Below are positions 11,753-22,787 of a DNA stretch of 64,000 nucleotides, piece by piece; position 1 is the first letter of the stretch, and each line of letters begins with the position of its first letter. The notes below the pieces were generated by a model. That model made no database searches and was not told the DNA's origin. It was given only the letters and a program-made list of their open reading frames with translations. Where the stretch lies: NCBI GenBank assembly GCA_002811645.1, contig PDIP01000083.1, forward strand, positions 96,937-160,936. The letters run 5' to 3'. The position numbers and the translations under genes are program-made. The DNA comes from Corallochytrium limacisporum Hawaii. Its lineage: Eukaryota > Protista > Pluriformea.

Positions 11753-13995
11753 TTAAGATCCCCACTCTGTGGTGGCACCGTCGATGGCCTTGAACTCATA
11801 GCTGCCGCGGCCGTCAAAGTGCAGCACGTACTCGTGGAACTTCCACAGAGACTTGCGGTGAGACACCGTAAACAGCGTNNNNNNNNNNNNNNNNNNNNNN
11901 NNNNNNNNNNNNNNNNNNNNNNNNNNNNNNNNNNNNNNNNNNNNNNNNNNNNNNNNNNNNNNNNNNNNNNNNNNNNNNNNNNNNNNNNNNNNNNNNNNNN
12001 NNNNNNNNNNNNNNNNNNNNNNNNNNNNNNNNNNNNNNNNNNNNNNNNNNNNNNNNNNNNNNNNNNNNNNNNNNNNNNNNNNNNNNNNNNNNNNNNNNNN
12101 NNNNNNNNNNNNNNNNNNNNNNNNNNNNNNNNNNNNNNNNNNNNNNNNNNNNNNNNNNNNNNNNNNNNNNNNNNNNNNNNNNNNNNNNNNNNNNNNNNNN
12201 NNNNNNNNNNNNNNNNNNNNNNNNNNNNNNNNNNNNNNNNAGCCCAGTCTTGCACGGCATCCCAGCCGCCCTCCCGGTCTACCAGGTGCGAAAGGTGTAC
12301 CTCATCCAGGAACTTGAACAAACCCTGGTCGGAGAGACCACGGCGCTTCATGTCTTCGGCAGTGTCTGGATAGATGACCTGGTCACGGAGAGTACCAATA
12401 GTCAGGTACGGCTTCTGGGGAACGTAGAACAGCTTAGCCGCAGCAGGCTTGGTCAGCGTACCGCCGAACAATGGCCACAGGCCACCGAGGATACGGAACA
12501 GAGAGGACTTGCCGCAACCGTTGGGACCGGAGACCAGGACATTGTTGCCCGACTCGACGGTGACGAACAATTCCTTTACGAGGACATCACCGTTCGGAGT
12601 CACGATGGGCACACGCTCAAACTTGATAATGTGGTCCTGATTGATGATCTTGCCATTGCCAGGGGCCAGAGGAACACCGTCAACATTCTTACCTTCCAGA
12701 CTAAGCATGGTGCGGACGTATTTGCCCTCGTCCAGGTCTTCCAGTACGTCCATAATCTCAATGACACGGGCAGTGAAACCGGCCAGACGGGTCAGTTCGC
12801 GACCGGCAAGCACAACACGGCCAATGGCCGTGGCCATGTTGACCAGCATGCGACCAGAGCGGTAGTACTCTTCAGCTAGATCAGATGTCTCCCAGTCATC
12901 GTACTTGTTGGTAGCGAGGAAAGGACGGGACACAGCGTAGAAACCGACGACGGTGGCAATGTACTTGGCCACAACGCTATCAATCACGCCGACGCCGAAA
13001 CGGAAGCGCATGGAGTTGCGGAGATGACCTGCCAAACGTTGGAAGCTCGCGTTCACAGTAATCCGCTCACGGTCACCACCGTTGTAGAACGCAACCTCCT
13101 CACCGTGCGTGATCAGACGAGCATTGATGAAGCGGTACTCACCTTCCAGGCGTTGTTCGGACACGGTGTACTTGCCGACCGGCTTGCGCATCTGTGTGAG
13201 GAAGACACCGGACAAGGCCAGGTATCCGGTCATGATGGCCGGGCCCTGGGCACCAATCTGTGAGGTCAGGCGGCGGGCGTAGATGATTATATCGAGGATG
13301 GGCTTGCTCAAGTTGGAGTACAGATCAACGGTGGACTGACAGTAACGTTCCAGATCCTGCGTAAGCAACTGGTCAGCGTTGGAGATGCGGGTATCCAGGA
13401 AGGCTACCTTGTAGTAGGTAAAACCGTTCAAGTAGTCCTTCATGAGGTAATTGGTCAGGTTAGTACGGAAACGCAGAGACATTTCGTTCAAGGAGTATTT
13501 TAGGAAGGAGTTCACAAAACCGATGGGCACCATGGAAGCAAAGAATTTCAGCAGATTCTGGCGGAAGCCTTCGACGTCGCGATCAATGATACGGGCCTCG
13601 ATCTTGGTGTTAATGCTAATCATCCACAGATCACAAAGCGTACGCAGGATCATGAAGATCGTGGCACTTGCGACGTAACCCGCCTCGGCAGTGAAGATTC
13701 CCGGAACGCAAATCTTGAGCAGGCGCTTCATGCGTGCAAGGAACACTGAATCGACGCCAATTGCTTCGCCGTGCTTGTGGTTGGATGGCTTGCCCTTCTT
13801 GTGCGCGGTCCGAGGCTCGCACCGTCTGCCCATTTTCTTAACGTAGGCATAAGCACCGAACATGGCCGCGACCGAAGCCACCAGACCGATCTTCCGGGCC
13901 CTCGGCGTTTGATAAATGGCCAGGACAAGGGGCAAGACATTCATGAGGATCTTCTGGCCAGTTGGACTGGCCATCAGAGTACTTTGAATGGTCAT
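11753..13995 (-). CDS. ABCD3: Peroxisomal ABC half-transporter, ABCD3/PMP70-type (copy 2); spans an assembly gap
   Basis: First ATG at 13995 ([18 protein letters not shown]); the track start at 14208 is GTG. Same TMD and NBD motifs as copy 1. After the gap the correct frame reads [41 protein letters not shown] with TAA at 11755-11753, so the 880 aa track C-terminus is in the wrong frame. Confidence 0.9.
11879..12240. other. Assembly gap (362 N) inside ABCD copy 2
   Basis: N run. The equivalent segment in copy 1 (6562-6711) is 150 bp, so the gap is probably over-estimated. Confidence 0.95.
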
Positions 13996-15550
13996 TGTGG
14001 TGCTTGGAAAACAACTCTTGTCCTCCAGACGATTATCTCTTTTTTCCCTTGGTGTTGCCTTTGTGAGAATTTCATTCAGTGCGGCTCTGTCCAGTGTAAC
14101 CCTGATCACGAAATAGGTGTGGGGGGCACAGAGAGCACAGAGTCGCGACTCTGAACCATGCAGTGCCTTGCGCAGTTGTGCAACACAGTACGGAACAGAA
14201 TCCTGCACCTACACGCGCACCACCCCTAGTCCTGGATATTGGCACCCAGGTGAAAGCATGACAGTGGACCCATTGTCATACGATCGACTGGCTGAGTCTG
14301 TCCTGTGTACTTCCCCTGTGCGCGCCGGACCGAACCCCCCCTTTCGAAATGCAAACTGACGACTACGCCCCTTTCAGTCCAATAGGGCACAAACTGGGCC
14401 GCCTATCCTCTTCAGCCGTCGGACGTGTCGTACGAGGCCGACCGAACAATAATACGCCCGCCAAGCCCCAAGAAAGCAGCGGGAAACACCAGGCAGGCAA
14501 AGCGGTTGCAAACAGTTGCAAGGGGAAAAAAACGACGAAAAGACAAAAAAGAAAAAGTGTGGACATTTTGAAGAGAACGCAACGGGGGCGCTCTATCATT
14601 TCACGCCCGACCGCAGCCCAAACCCGGCCGGGATGCCGCGCCGTTGTGTGTGTGTGCCCAAAGCGGGAAGTAAACCTGTCATTTTTGTCCCGGTGCCGCG
14701 CTTCTGCCACCGTCGAAGAGCCAAACGGCCCACACCCCACCGAAGGTGGAGGCGGTGGAGTCCAAGCACCACACACCACTGCAGTATATCAGGCCTTGTG
14801 TATGTATCAGGCAGGGAGTGAGGGAAGGGAAGGGAAGAGAAGGGAGGTGGGGGGGGGGGGGTAAAAAGGGGGAAGCATTCGATCGTCCGAATCATTGCGT
14901 GCCTTCGAGAAATGGGGCGGCTATTTATAGTTCGTCTCGTGCTCGCTTGTCCCAGAAAATCATCTAAATCTTCATAATCATTAATCAACAATCCAATTTA
15001 TATCAATGGTGTGCAATCGTGCCCAAAGATCAATGAAATATATCCTCGAATCAGGACGAGCGTTCCCCGGGGTTTAAACAGGAGTATATGTACTATTTTT
15101 TCGCCAATATCACTGCCTGGTACATTTGTACCGGGCAAACCGATGTCACTCTTTCGCGTATTTTGCTTTTTGGCCATTTTTGCGCTAATTTTACTTCTTC
15201 GCCCTTTTCTTCCGTTTTTTTAAAAGCTTTTCGGGGCACTTTTATGTATTTTCTTTGGAATTTCTTCCGTTGTTTTTCCTTTCTCCCTTTGCCTTTTTTT
15301 CTCTTGTGATGGACAATCCATTTTGTGCCTTTTCAACCAAAGTGCATAGGAAATCAATCGCAAATGAAAACGACAAGCCTTTAAAAAAGTTTGTCGCCAG
15401 CGAAATAAAACAAAGGAAACGGAAATGGAAAAAAGGGGGCTTTGCAAAAGAAACAAACCAAAGGTGAACATAAAAAAGGAAAAAAAATAGTTAAGAAAGG
15501 AAGAGAGAGATGTTTTTAAGTTCTTCCCGGTGCCATTCTGGTGAACTGGT

Positions 15551-15622
15551 GGGACCGTGGTCTAGGGGTATGATTCTCGCTTCGGGTGCGAGAGGTCCCG
15601 GGTTCGACTCCCGGCGGTCCCC
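15551..15622 (+). tRNA. tRNA-Pro(CGG)
   Basis: Acceptor stem GGGACCG/CGGTCCC, D-arm TGGTCTAGGGGTATGA, anticodon arm CTCGC-TT-CGG-GT-GCGAG, T-arm CCGGG-TTCGACT-CCCGG; 72 nt, no intron. Confidence 0.95.
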
Positions 15623-15647
15623 TCTGGGAGCGCGACGAACGAGGCAG

Positions 15648-15653
15648 TTTTTT
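15648..15653 (+). terminator. Probable RNA polymerase III terminator (T6) for tRNA-Pro(CGG)
   Basis: First T-run, 25 nt downstream of the tRNA 3' end. Confidence 0.6.
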
Positions 15654-16358
15654 GTCTTGACCGACCGAGTTCCTTTCGTGTCGTCGTTGCTCACTGGGCA
15701 AAAGCGAGAATGCAAAATACCGGGAAGATTTTTCCCTTTCTTAAAAAGTTTCTCTCACTTTCTTTCTTCCTTGTCTGTCTCAGACGTTTTTCCCCTTTGT
15801 TCTCCAGCCGTCTGTTCTTTGAAACCCTTTTCTTTCCTTCTGTCCTTCCTTTTCTCTGGTTTTTAGTTTTCATTTGTTCGATAAACGTCGGTATTTTTCC
15901 TTCCTTTCTTTCCTTCCCCTCTCCGGGGGGAGAGAGAGAAAGGGAAGAAAGCCTTGGTTCAGTTGATTTTCGGGAGCTCTGACCTTTTCCTTACGGCCGT
16001 AGCTGTCAAAAGTGTGCGGCATATACCCCAAAGGTTTTCACTCTCTGCGAAAATTCAACGACACAACCCCGGGTCTCTTACCGACGGATTTCTCAGCAGT
16101 GAATTGGCTAACAAAAATTATCTGCCGCAAGAAAAAGATTTGTGTTTTAAGGTAAAAAAAAAGAAAACAAAGAAAATATTTGTGCCCATGAAAGATTTAA
16201 AAAGGCGCGGGGAAATGGGTGTCGGGTAAAAGTAGTGAAAAAGGGGGCCAAGCTTGGCTCATCAGCGAGGGTGTGAGATCACTTCTCTCGAAACACAAAA
16301 TTTTCCGTTCTTTATGTATAGCAATCTTTTCGATTGGTGTTTGTCGCGAGCAATTCGT

Positions 16359-16430
16359 GGGACCGTGGTCTAGTGGTATGATTCTCGCTTTGGGTGCGAG
16401 AGGTCCCGGGTTCGATTCCCGGTGGTCCCC
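16359..16430 (+). tRNA. tRNA-Pro(TGG)
   Basis: Acceptor stem GGGACCG/TGGTCCC, anticodon arm CTCGC-TT-TGG-GT-GCGAG, T-loop TTCGATT; 72 nt. Confidence 0.95.
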
Positions 16431-16710
16431 ATTGCAGTGGCTGGCGGAGGAAGGAGATTTAGTTGTTTTGAGAGAGGAACAGAAGACAAGGGTTTTCTGT
16501 TCCCTTTTTTTTTTCTTTTTTTTTCGCGCTTTCCCCCTGTCCCTGCCTGCCGCTCGATATGTGATGATCACCTCACATGGCACGCTCATGACTCACGCAA
16601 TATGATTATTATAGCACCCATCTTCTACAGTACAAGGAATCAAATTATCTAAAGACATTTACTTTTCAGCGCAAATCAAATGAAAGGGATCAAAGGCTTT
16701 GGTTTGATGC

Positions 16711-18693
16711 TCAGTGCTTGATCAGGCATTCCTCGGATTCGGGAATGGCATAAGGGTCCCTTGTCCGACGCCTAGTGGGTGGACTAACGCCATTGTGGTA
16801 ATCCATCATGTCTTCCTCTTCATCGACCTCATCAATGATGTCCAAGGCACTCGTCTCAATGTCATCTACGACCAGATCTCGGAAGATATACGCAAAGAGA
16901 GCAGAGAGCAGGAACATGAGACCGCTGAATAGGAAGAACACCACCGTCAGATTCTTCGGAGACATGAATGGCGAGATCAGAATACCCAATGCGGAGCCTC
17001 CGGCTGACGTCAGCAGGAAAAGCGACATGACGATCGACTTCATGCTCGCAGGTGCCTGTGCGTAAGCAAACTCAAGGGCGGTGACACTGGCAAAAATTTC
17101 GGATATGGCAATCAAAAAGTATGGTGGAATCTGCAGCCAGATGCTCACGCCATGCTGTCCTTCATGCAGGACGTAGGAATCGTTCCCAGTCCAGTGGCCA
17201 CGCTTTGCGATGGCCCACTGCAAGAATCCGACATACACAAAGGCACCGGCACTAACCAGGAAGCCAAACGACATGCGCGTAATGTGACTCATCCGGATGC
17301 CGCGCCGCTTTAGCCAGGGAAAGACAATGTAGTCAAAGAAAGGGATGAAGATGATAATCACCAGTGAATCAACCAGGTTCAGCTGGTCGGCAGTCAGCCA
17401 ACTGGGGCGGGCCATCCACTCACCCTGCGAAATGAAATTGCTCTGCATCTGATTGTAGAGCAACCAGTAGAACGGAAAGACGGCAAAGACCTTGGAGGCC
17501 TTCAGGGCGCGTTTCACGTCACTGACAATCTGGTAGTCGTGTTCTTCTGCAGCATGGTCGAGCCAGTGCCAGCTGGACTGGCTGTTGACAGAGTTCTGCG
17601 TGTCCTCGAGGAAGTATTCCATGCTCTCGTTGCGCTTAGTCCAGGCGGTTTTGACTACGGAAAAAGCCTCGCCGAGCAGGGATCCCGTGGGTTTGGGGAT
17701 AATGTAGTGCTTATGTCCAAACCAGAAGATGGCCATGCCAATCGCGAAGAAGCTGCCTGGGGCGGCGAAGGACGCCCAGTAGCTACTACCGTGCACAGCA
17801 CCCGACTCCGGATCGGTCTTGTAAGGCCCGAAATGATGCAGATTTGGTGAAATGATCATGCCAACAACAGATCCAGCATTGATGCTGAAGTAGAACCAGC
17901 GGAACACCTTCTCGTAGTCGTCTGGGCTGGAATCCACTAACTGGTCTGCGACGAGGGTGCTCACATTGGACTTGATGCCACCAGTGCCCAGGCCGATGAG
18001 AAACAGTGCAAGCACAAAGCCCCACTTGCTGAAGTAGTCCCAGCCACCAGCCTCATACGGGAAATCTTTGTACGCAATGGGCAGCGCACTGATGGTCAGG
18101 CATATCAATCCAATCATGTACGTGAATCCGAAAATGCTAATCGTTTTGAACTTGCCCAAGTAGGCATCGCTAATGTACCCGCCCAGAAGTGCAGTGAAGT
18201 ACGCCCAGAATGTGAACATATTGTTGACCAGATTGGCGTTCGCGTTGGTAAATTCCAGCATTTCCAACATGTACAGCATGAACACCAAAGTGGCTCCGTA
18301 GAAAGCAAGGCGCTCGCAGAATTCCACGACTAGGATGTAGATCGAAGCGACAGGTATGTTGCCGGTGCCGATTGTTGGCCGTGACCTCAACCATTCACCG
18401 TCAACTACTACAGCCTCACCGCTGATGCTGGCATTTTTGACACTACGCCGACTGCCCGACCCTACGCTCACGTCGCTGAGACTGGCCGCACTGGCCGTCT
18501 TTAAAATGCCAGCTGCGGGTGAGGCGCGCCCGGAGTTCGGAGTATGCGGCCGAAACGGCCGCGCTGCCGACGACGATGCACCTCCGTGCTCCGGTGGCGG
18601 CAGCAGCCCTCTCTGCTCATCTTCTATATCGTATTCATAGTACGCCGGATTATTGTCGGCGTCGCTCATTCGATGTCCCCGACCGGACGACAT
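16711..18693 (-). CDS. POT/PTR family proton-dependent oligopeptide transporter (SLC15/PTR2-like), 660 aa
   Basis: ExxER motif EFCERLAFYG, GGYISDAYLGKFKTI, GTGGIKSNV, PTR signature FYFSINAGS, EFAYAQAPASMKS; about 12 hydrophobic helices. Confidence 0.93.
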   Translation of the reverse strand: MSSGRGHRMSDADNNPAYYEYDIEDEQRGLLPPPEHGGASSSAARPFRPHTPNSGRASPAAGILKTASAASLSDVSVGSGSRRSVKNASISGEAVVVDGEWLRSRPTIGTGNIPVASIYILVVEFCERLAFYGATLVFMLYMLEMLEFTNANANLVNNMFTFWAYFTALLGGYISDAYLGKFKTISIFGFTYMIGLICLTISALPIAYKDFPYEAGGWDYFSKWGFVLALFLIGLGTGGIKSNVSTLVADQLVDSSPDDYEKVFRWFYFSINAGSVVGMIISPNLHHFGPYKTDPESGAVHGSSYWASFAAPGSFFAIGMAIFWFGHKHYIIPKPTGSLLGEAFSVVKTAWTKRNESMEYFLEDTQNSVNSQSSWHWLDHAAEEHDYQIVSDVKRALKASKVFAVFPFYWLLYNQMQSNFISQGEWMARPSWLTADQLNLVDSLVIIIFIPFFDYIVFPWLKRRGIRMSHITRMSFGFLVSAGAFVYVGFLQWAIAKRGHWTGNDSYVLHEGQHGVSIWLQIPPYFLIAISEIFASVTALEFAYAQAPASMKSIVMSLFLLTSAGGSALGILISPFMSPKNLTVVFFLFSGLMFLLSALFAYIFRDLVVDDIETSALDIIDEVDEEEDMMDYHNGVSPPTRRRTRDPYAIPESEECLIKH

Positions 18694-19515
18694 TTCCAGT
18701 GAATCGCGTGTGTCTGGATAGGAAATGGTGACGAACTTTTCTCCAGCCGGTCTTATTTAGTAGTCAATACGTGGATTGTCCTGTTCTTTACTTGTTGTTC
18801 ATAAGGAAGAACAGTAGAGTCTTCGCTATTCCGGTTTCTTTATTCGCTGTTGTTTCTTCTCACAGGTACACTTCCTTTTCCTGGTAGCAAACTCCACTTG
18901 TTTACTACTGCCTAATGTGCGTGATCTAATGCACCCAAAGAACGACGTAAGCTGAATGTGGTCAAGCAGTAAGGGGGTTGGCTGATTTCTCAAGTACCCA
19001 ATTTGGTCCACCGGTCGGCGAGAGAAGGAACACTAGCCGGGTCTCACCCTCTGTTTTCATTCCCCGCCTTCTCGAAACTCAAATGGGCCCTTTGCACCGC
19101 TGGCCGGCTGGTAGGGGGAGTTTGCCCCGGTTGTGACGGAGTCAGGGGGCCGGTGTCCCGTGGGAGGGCAAAATGGACTCCGATGTCTGTTTGCCAACAG
19201 AACGTGGGATTGGCCTCTGGGACGTGCATCGGTTTGTTACGCAGAAGTTCCGATAGGGCCGTCCCGTGGATGTCTGGGCAACCATCGCTATATACTGATG
19301 ATTTACATTCAATCAAGTCAATCACTTCACAAGATGAGGGACCTCACATGATGGAGAATAGAGGAAAAGGACTAGTAATGTGCTGTATACACTTTGATTT
19401 GGTAGATCGAACCCCGTAGGTGTCTACATGAGTAGAGACGATGTCCAGTTTGAAAATTTTGGGAAGAAGCATGTTGATGTCACTTGTGGTATCTCTGTTT
19501 TGCTCTGTGTTCGAT

Positions 19516-21834
19516 TCAGAAGCCCACAGATGCCTCACGAACGTCATCGACGACAGACTTGAGCAGCAGTTCAGTGTACAGCTCATCCCGAATGCAACCC
19601 TCGAGCTCGGACAGGACTGTCCGCACAGCCTGGCCCTTGAAGCCGTTCAAGTGGGTCACCAGACTGTTCTCCAGGTTCAACAGGACCCGATTATCAAAGA
19701 CCATATCGTCCTCGTCACCAATAGAGCGCAGGAGCTCGATCGCCAGTCGGGACAAGTAGGAATTCAGCTCGCTGGTCACGCGCTCCAAGCTAGACTGCTT
19801 GAGCACATCAGCGACGCAGGAGGCCACGAGGTCTGCAATCTTCCCTACGCGGGCGACGACAGCCTCATCGATGGCCTGTTTGATTACACGACCGCCCATG
19901 GGTGCAAGCATGAGGGTTCTCTCCTGCTCTTTCGCTAGGGCCCGGCGGCTTCTCTGCTCCTCTTCCTCCTCACTGTCCAGGACTTTCTTGACCAGCCGTT
20001 CCATTATCTGCAGACTGGCATGTTTGCCATCGTCACTGTGACTAATGGCGCAGAGACACCGCAGCATGTTCGAAACGTAGTCACTGTCTCCCTCATTTGC
20101 AGCAAGGAAGTAGCGCAACATGCCGCGGGACGTGGTGCTCATATTGGCAACGAGCTCCTCCAGAGTAGCAGGGTGCGGGGCCTTCCCGTGGGCGCGGCGT
20201 GGAGGCCGATCTTTCGGCGAAGGACTGCGGAAGGCCAGGCGTTGATATCCGCTAGAGGTCGTAGACTGGGGTCCACGACGCACCCCGGACTCCGGAGAAG
20301 GGCTTAGATTGCGCAGCATTTGCTGATACTTGGCCTCGTCAGTATCTCTGCCCATGTTCATGGCTGCAAGCATTTCTTGGACGGCAGCCATGTTCTTCAT
20401 CTCCTCCTCCTGGCGGCGCAATTGTCGCATGACTGCTGGTGAGGCAGTAGGAGCACTCGGGGCCGAGGTGGTCCGAGGTGGTACTGGGGGCGCGTGGTTA
20501 GGTCGGGCACTTCGACCGCCTCTGTTCTGCACATTGTGTTGTTGCGCCACAGGCACGGGCCTCGCCGCGGCCTGTTGATCGGCCTCAGCAAGGAGCTTGG
20601 CCCGCAGGGACTCCAGGCGCTCCCGTTCCTTCAGTAGCTCAGCAATTTCTTCGTCCTGTGCTGCCAGCTCTGCGAGGGTCCGGGCACGGGCCGGAGACAT
20701 GTTTGGTTGGCGACGAACAGGGGCCGGTGGACGAGGCGGAGAACGCATCGGTGGTGCGTTCTGGACAACCTTGACCTGCTCTTCTTCGTCCTGAGCGGCC
20801 CCTGGCATCTGCTCGGTCTGCTCATTGAGCATATTCAGGACAGCCCTCATGGCATCCGCCTGGCTAACATCACCTTTGCCCTCACCAAGGGCCCCTGCGC
20901 TCTCCAGACCCTTTTTGAGCACCAGAAGTTGCTGTTCCGCCTCCTTAAGCTGTGCATACAGTGCCTTCTGCTTCTCCAATTCCTCACGGAGGCGCACAAA
21001 GTCCGGGTTGTTCTCTAACATTTCCTCGGTCTCCATTCCGACAGCGGACTCTTCGTATTGTCCCTCTTCGACTTCACCTGGCTCTCCCTCATACATTTTC
21101 TCATCCTCCACAGCTACGGCCGGGACATCGTCGCTTTCTTGGGTCTCCATAGCTGGTTCAATGACCCGCTGAGCCATGGCCCGGTCCTCTTCCTGTAGCT
21201 TGACCAACTGATCCTCTAGAGTCCGCAGCTGCGCATGCTTTTCCTCCAGCTCAGCCAACTCACGTTTCTGTTCGTCGAGTTGCTCCTGTGCAGCACTTAT
21301 GTTCTGCCTTGCAGTCGATTGCTGTCCGCCCTTGCCGGACTCCTCAGCCTGGATCTGGCGGACGACAGCATCTAACTGGTCCATGTTCAGGCCATCGACC
21401 GCCTTCTCCATATCTGCCTCTGGCAGGCTCTGTAACTGGGACAACAGATCCAATCCCATCTGTCCCGCCATCATCTGCCCCATCATCTGAGCAAGACCCT
21501 GACCAAGGAGCATCTCTTGCATACCTTCCGCACCGCCGCTGGCCTTGTTGGCTGCTGTGCGCAAACCCTCTAGCTGGGACCGTAGGTTCTGCAATTCCAG
21601 CAACTGGGCCTCGAGCTGGGCGACTTCCTCTCCCGAGATCTCTTCTACCGCTGAGCCGTCGTCTGCGGCATTGTTGCCATTGGCGGCCGGGGCCTGACGT
21701 GTCGGGCTTTGGCCCTTGGGTAACGTTTCACCGGGCATCGGGGTGGCCAAAGGGCTCTTCTTGGGACTCGGTTGGTCCTGCTTAGCACTTTTGTTTGATG
21801 CTGGAGGGGTGCGAAGCTCTTCAATCACAGGCAT
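19516..21834 (-). CDS. PCM1: Coiled-coil protein with PCM1-like C-terminal domain (pericentriolar material 1 homolog)
   Basis: First ATG at 21834 (MPVIEELRT); the track start at 21900 is GTG. Several E/Q/L coiled coils. FLAANEGDSDYVSNMLRCLCAIS..SLQIMERLVKKVL and LKQSSLERVTSELNSYLSRLAIEL..LENSLVTHLNGFKGQAV..IRDELYTELLLKSVVDDV align by eye with the two recalled conserved blocks of animal PCM1_C. Confidence 0.72.
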   Translation of the reverse strand: MPVIEELRTPPASNKSAKQDQPSPKKSPLATPMPGETLPKGQSPTRQAPAANGNNAADDGSAVEEISGEEVAQLEAQLLELQNLRSQLEGLRTAANKASGGAEGMQEMLLGQGLAQMMGQMMAGQMGLDLLSQLQSLPEADMEKAVDGLNMDQLDAVVRQIQAEESGKGGQQSTARQNISAAQEQLDEQKRELAELEEKHAQLRTLEDQLVKLQEEDRAMAQRVIEPAMETQESDDVPAVAVEDEKMYEGEPGEVEEGQYEESAVGMETEEMLENNPDFVRLREELEKQKALYAQLKEAEQQLLVLKKGLESAGALGEGKGDVSQADAMRAVLNMLNEQTEQMPGAAQDEEEQVKVVQNAPPMRSPPRPPAPVRRQPNMSPARARTLAELAAQDEEIAELLKERERLESLRAKLLAEADQQAAARPVPVAQQHNVQNRGGRSARPNHAPPVPPRTTSAPSAPTASPAVMRQLRRQEEEMKNMAAVQEMLAAMNMGRDTDEAKYQQMLRNLSPSPESGVRRGPQSTTSSGYQRLAFRSPSPKDRPPRRAHGKAPHPATLEELVANMSTTSRGMLRYFLAANEGDSDYVSNMLRCLCAISHSDDGKHASLQIMERLVKKVLDSEEEEEQRSRRALAKEQERTLMLAPMGGRVIKQAIDEAVVARVGKIADLVASCVADVLKQSSLERVTSELNSYLSRLAIELLRSIGDEDDMVFDNRVLLNLENSLVTHLNGFKGQAVRTVLSELEGCIRDELYTELLLKSVVDDVREASVGF

Positions 21835-22787
21835 ACTCTTATCCAACCGCGACCCTTTCCAGACAAAATCTTTTGAAAAAGGCTTGTGAATAGAATGCAC
21901 AGCTTCCTATGTATGATCCTTGTCCTGCCCGCGACTGATTACACCAGACCACCTGCATCTAATGTACCTTGGCGATCTACTCAACAGGAACAATAAGCAG
22001 GAACGTGGAGAGTAACTAAGACCAGCGATCTTCGTCTAAGCAACAGCAAAGTCTCAAGCATCACATCAAAGACGGTACACGACGGTTAAAGCGCCAAGCA
22101 CATCGGATCCTACCGGATGGCAGCAGCCAGGTCTTCAGTTCTCAGGCGGAGTGGCCGTGTTTGCTCTGGTGGCACAAGTCTCCCCAATGGCACTCGCACT
22201 TGGCCGGAACGAGGGGAGGTTTGGAGAGTGTGAGTGCACACAGTCTAAAACTGCTGGGCTTTTTCTTCACCCCCAGAAAAGCCACATCACTAACAAACGC
22301 AGGCAGAACCCGTTCGGACCGAGAGCAACGGTATAGTTAAAGTATGAATTATAAGGGCACAACAGGCATGCAACGCAAACCCCACCCTTTCTTCTGACGA
22401 GACAGACGGCAAGAACGCAGTAAACCGCGGGGCCGTAGCGGAGTGCCCGTCTGAACGGGGGGAGTCCCCCATAGGGGTTGGGTCCGTGTGCGGGACAACC
22501 CCCCCCCCCGCGGCTTCCCTTCCTCTCTTCCCCTTTCCCTAACACACGATATACAAGCGGCGCGAAAAACTCATGTAAAGAAAACAGACTCGCGATTCTC
22601 TCCCAGGTGGGGAGGGGAGTGCTCTGAGGAGAAGGGCTCGCTCTTGATTCGAAAAGTGACATATTTGACCGAGGTTTCCATAATTTGAAATATATTCAGA
22701 ATCAAAATATATTTTATATGTAAAATGGCTGAGTAAAAAAGCCTACGTATTCAATATATTTCCCAGTGGTGAAACTATGACAATATT

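Noticed and set aside
11566-14208. 880 aa version of ABCD copy 2
   Set aside because: The start is an upstream GTG and the post-gap frame is wrong; the corrected CDS is 13995-11753.
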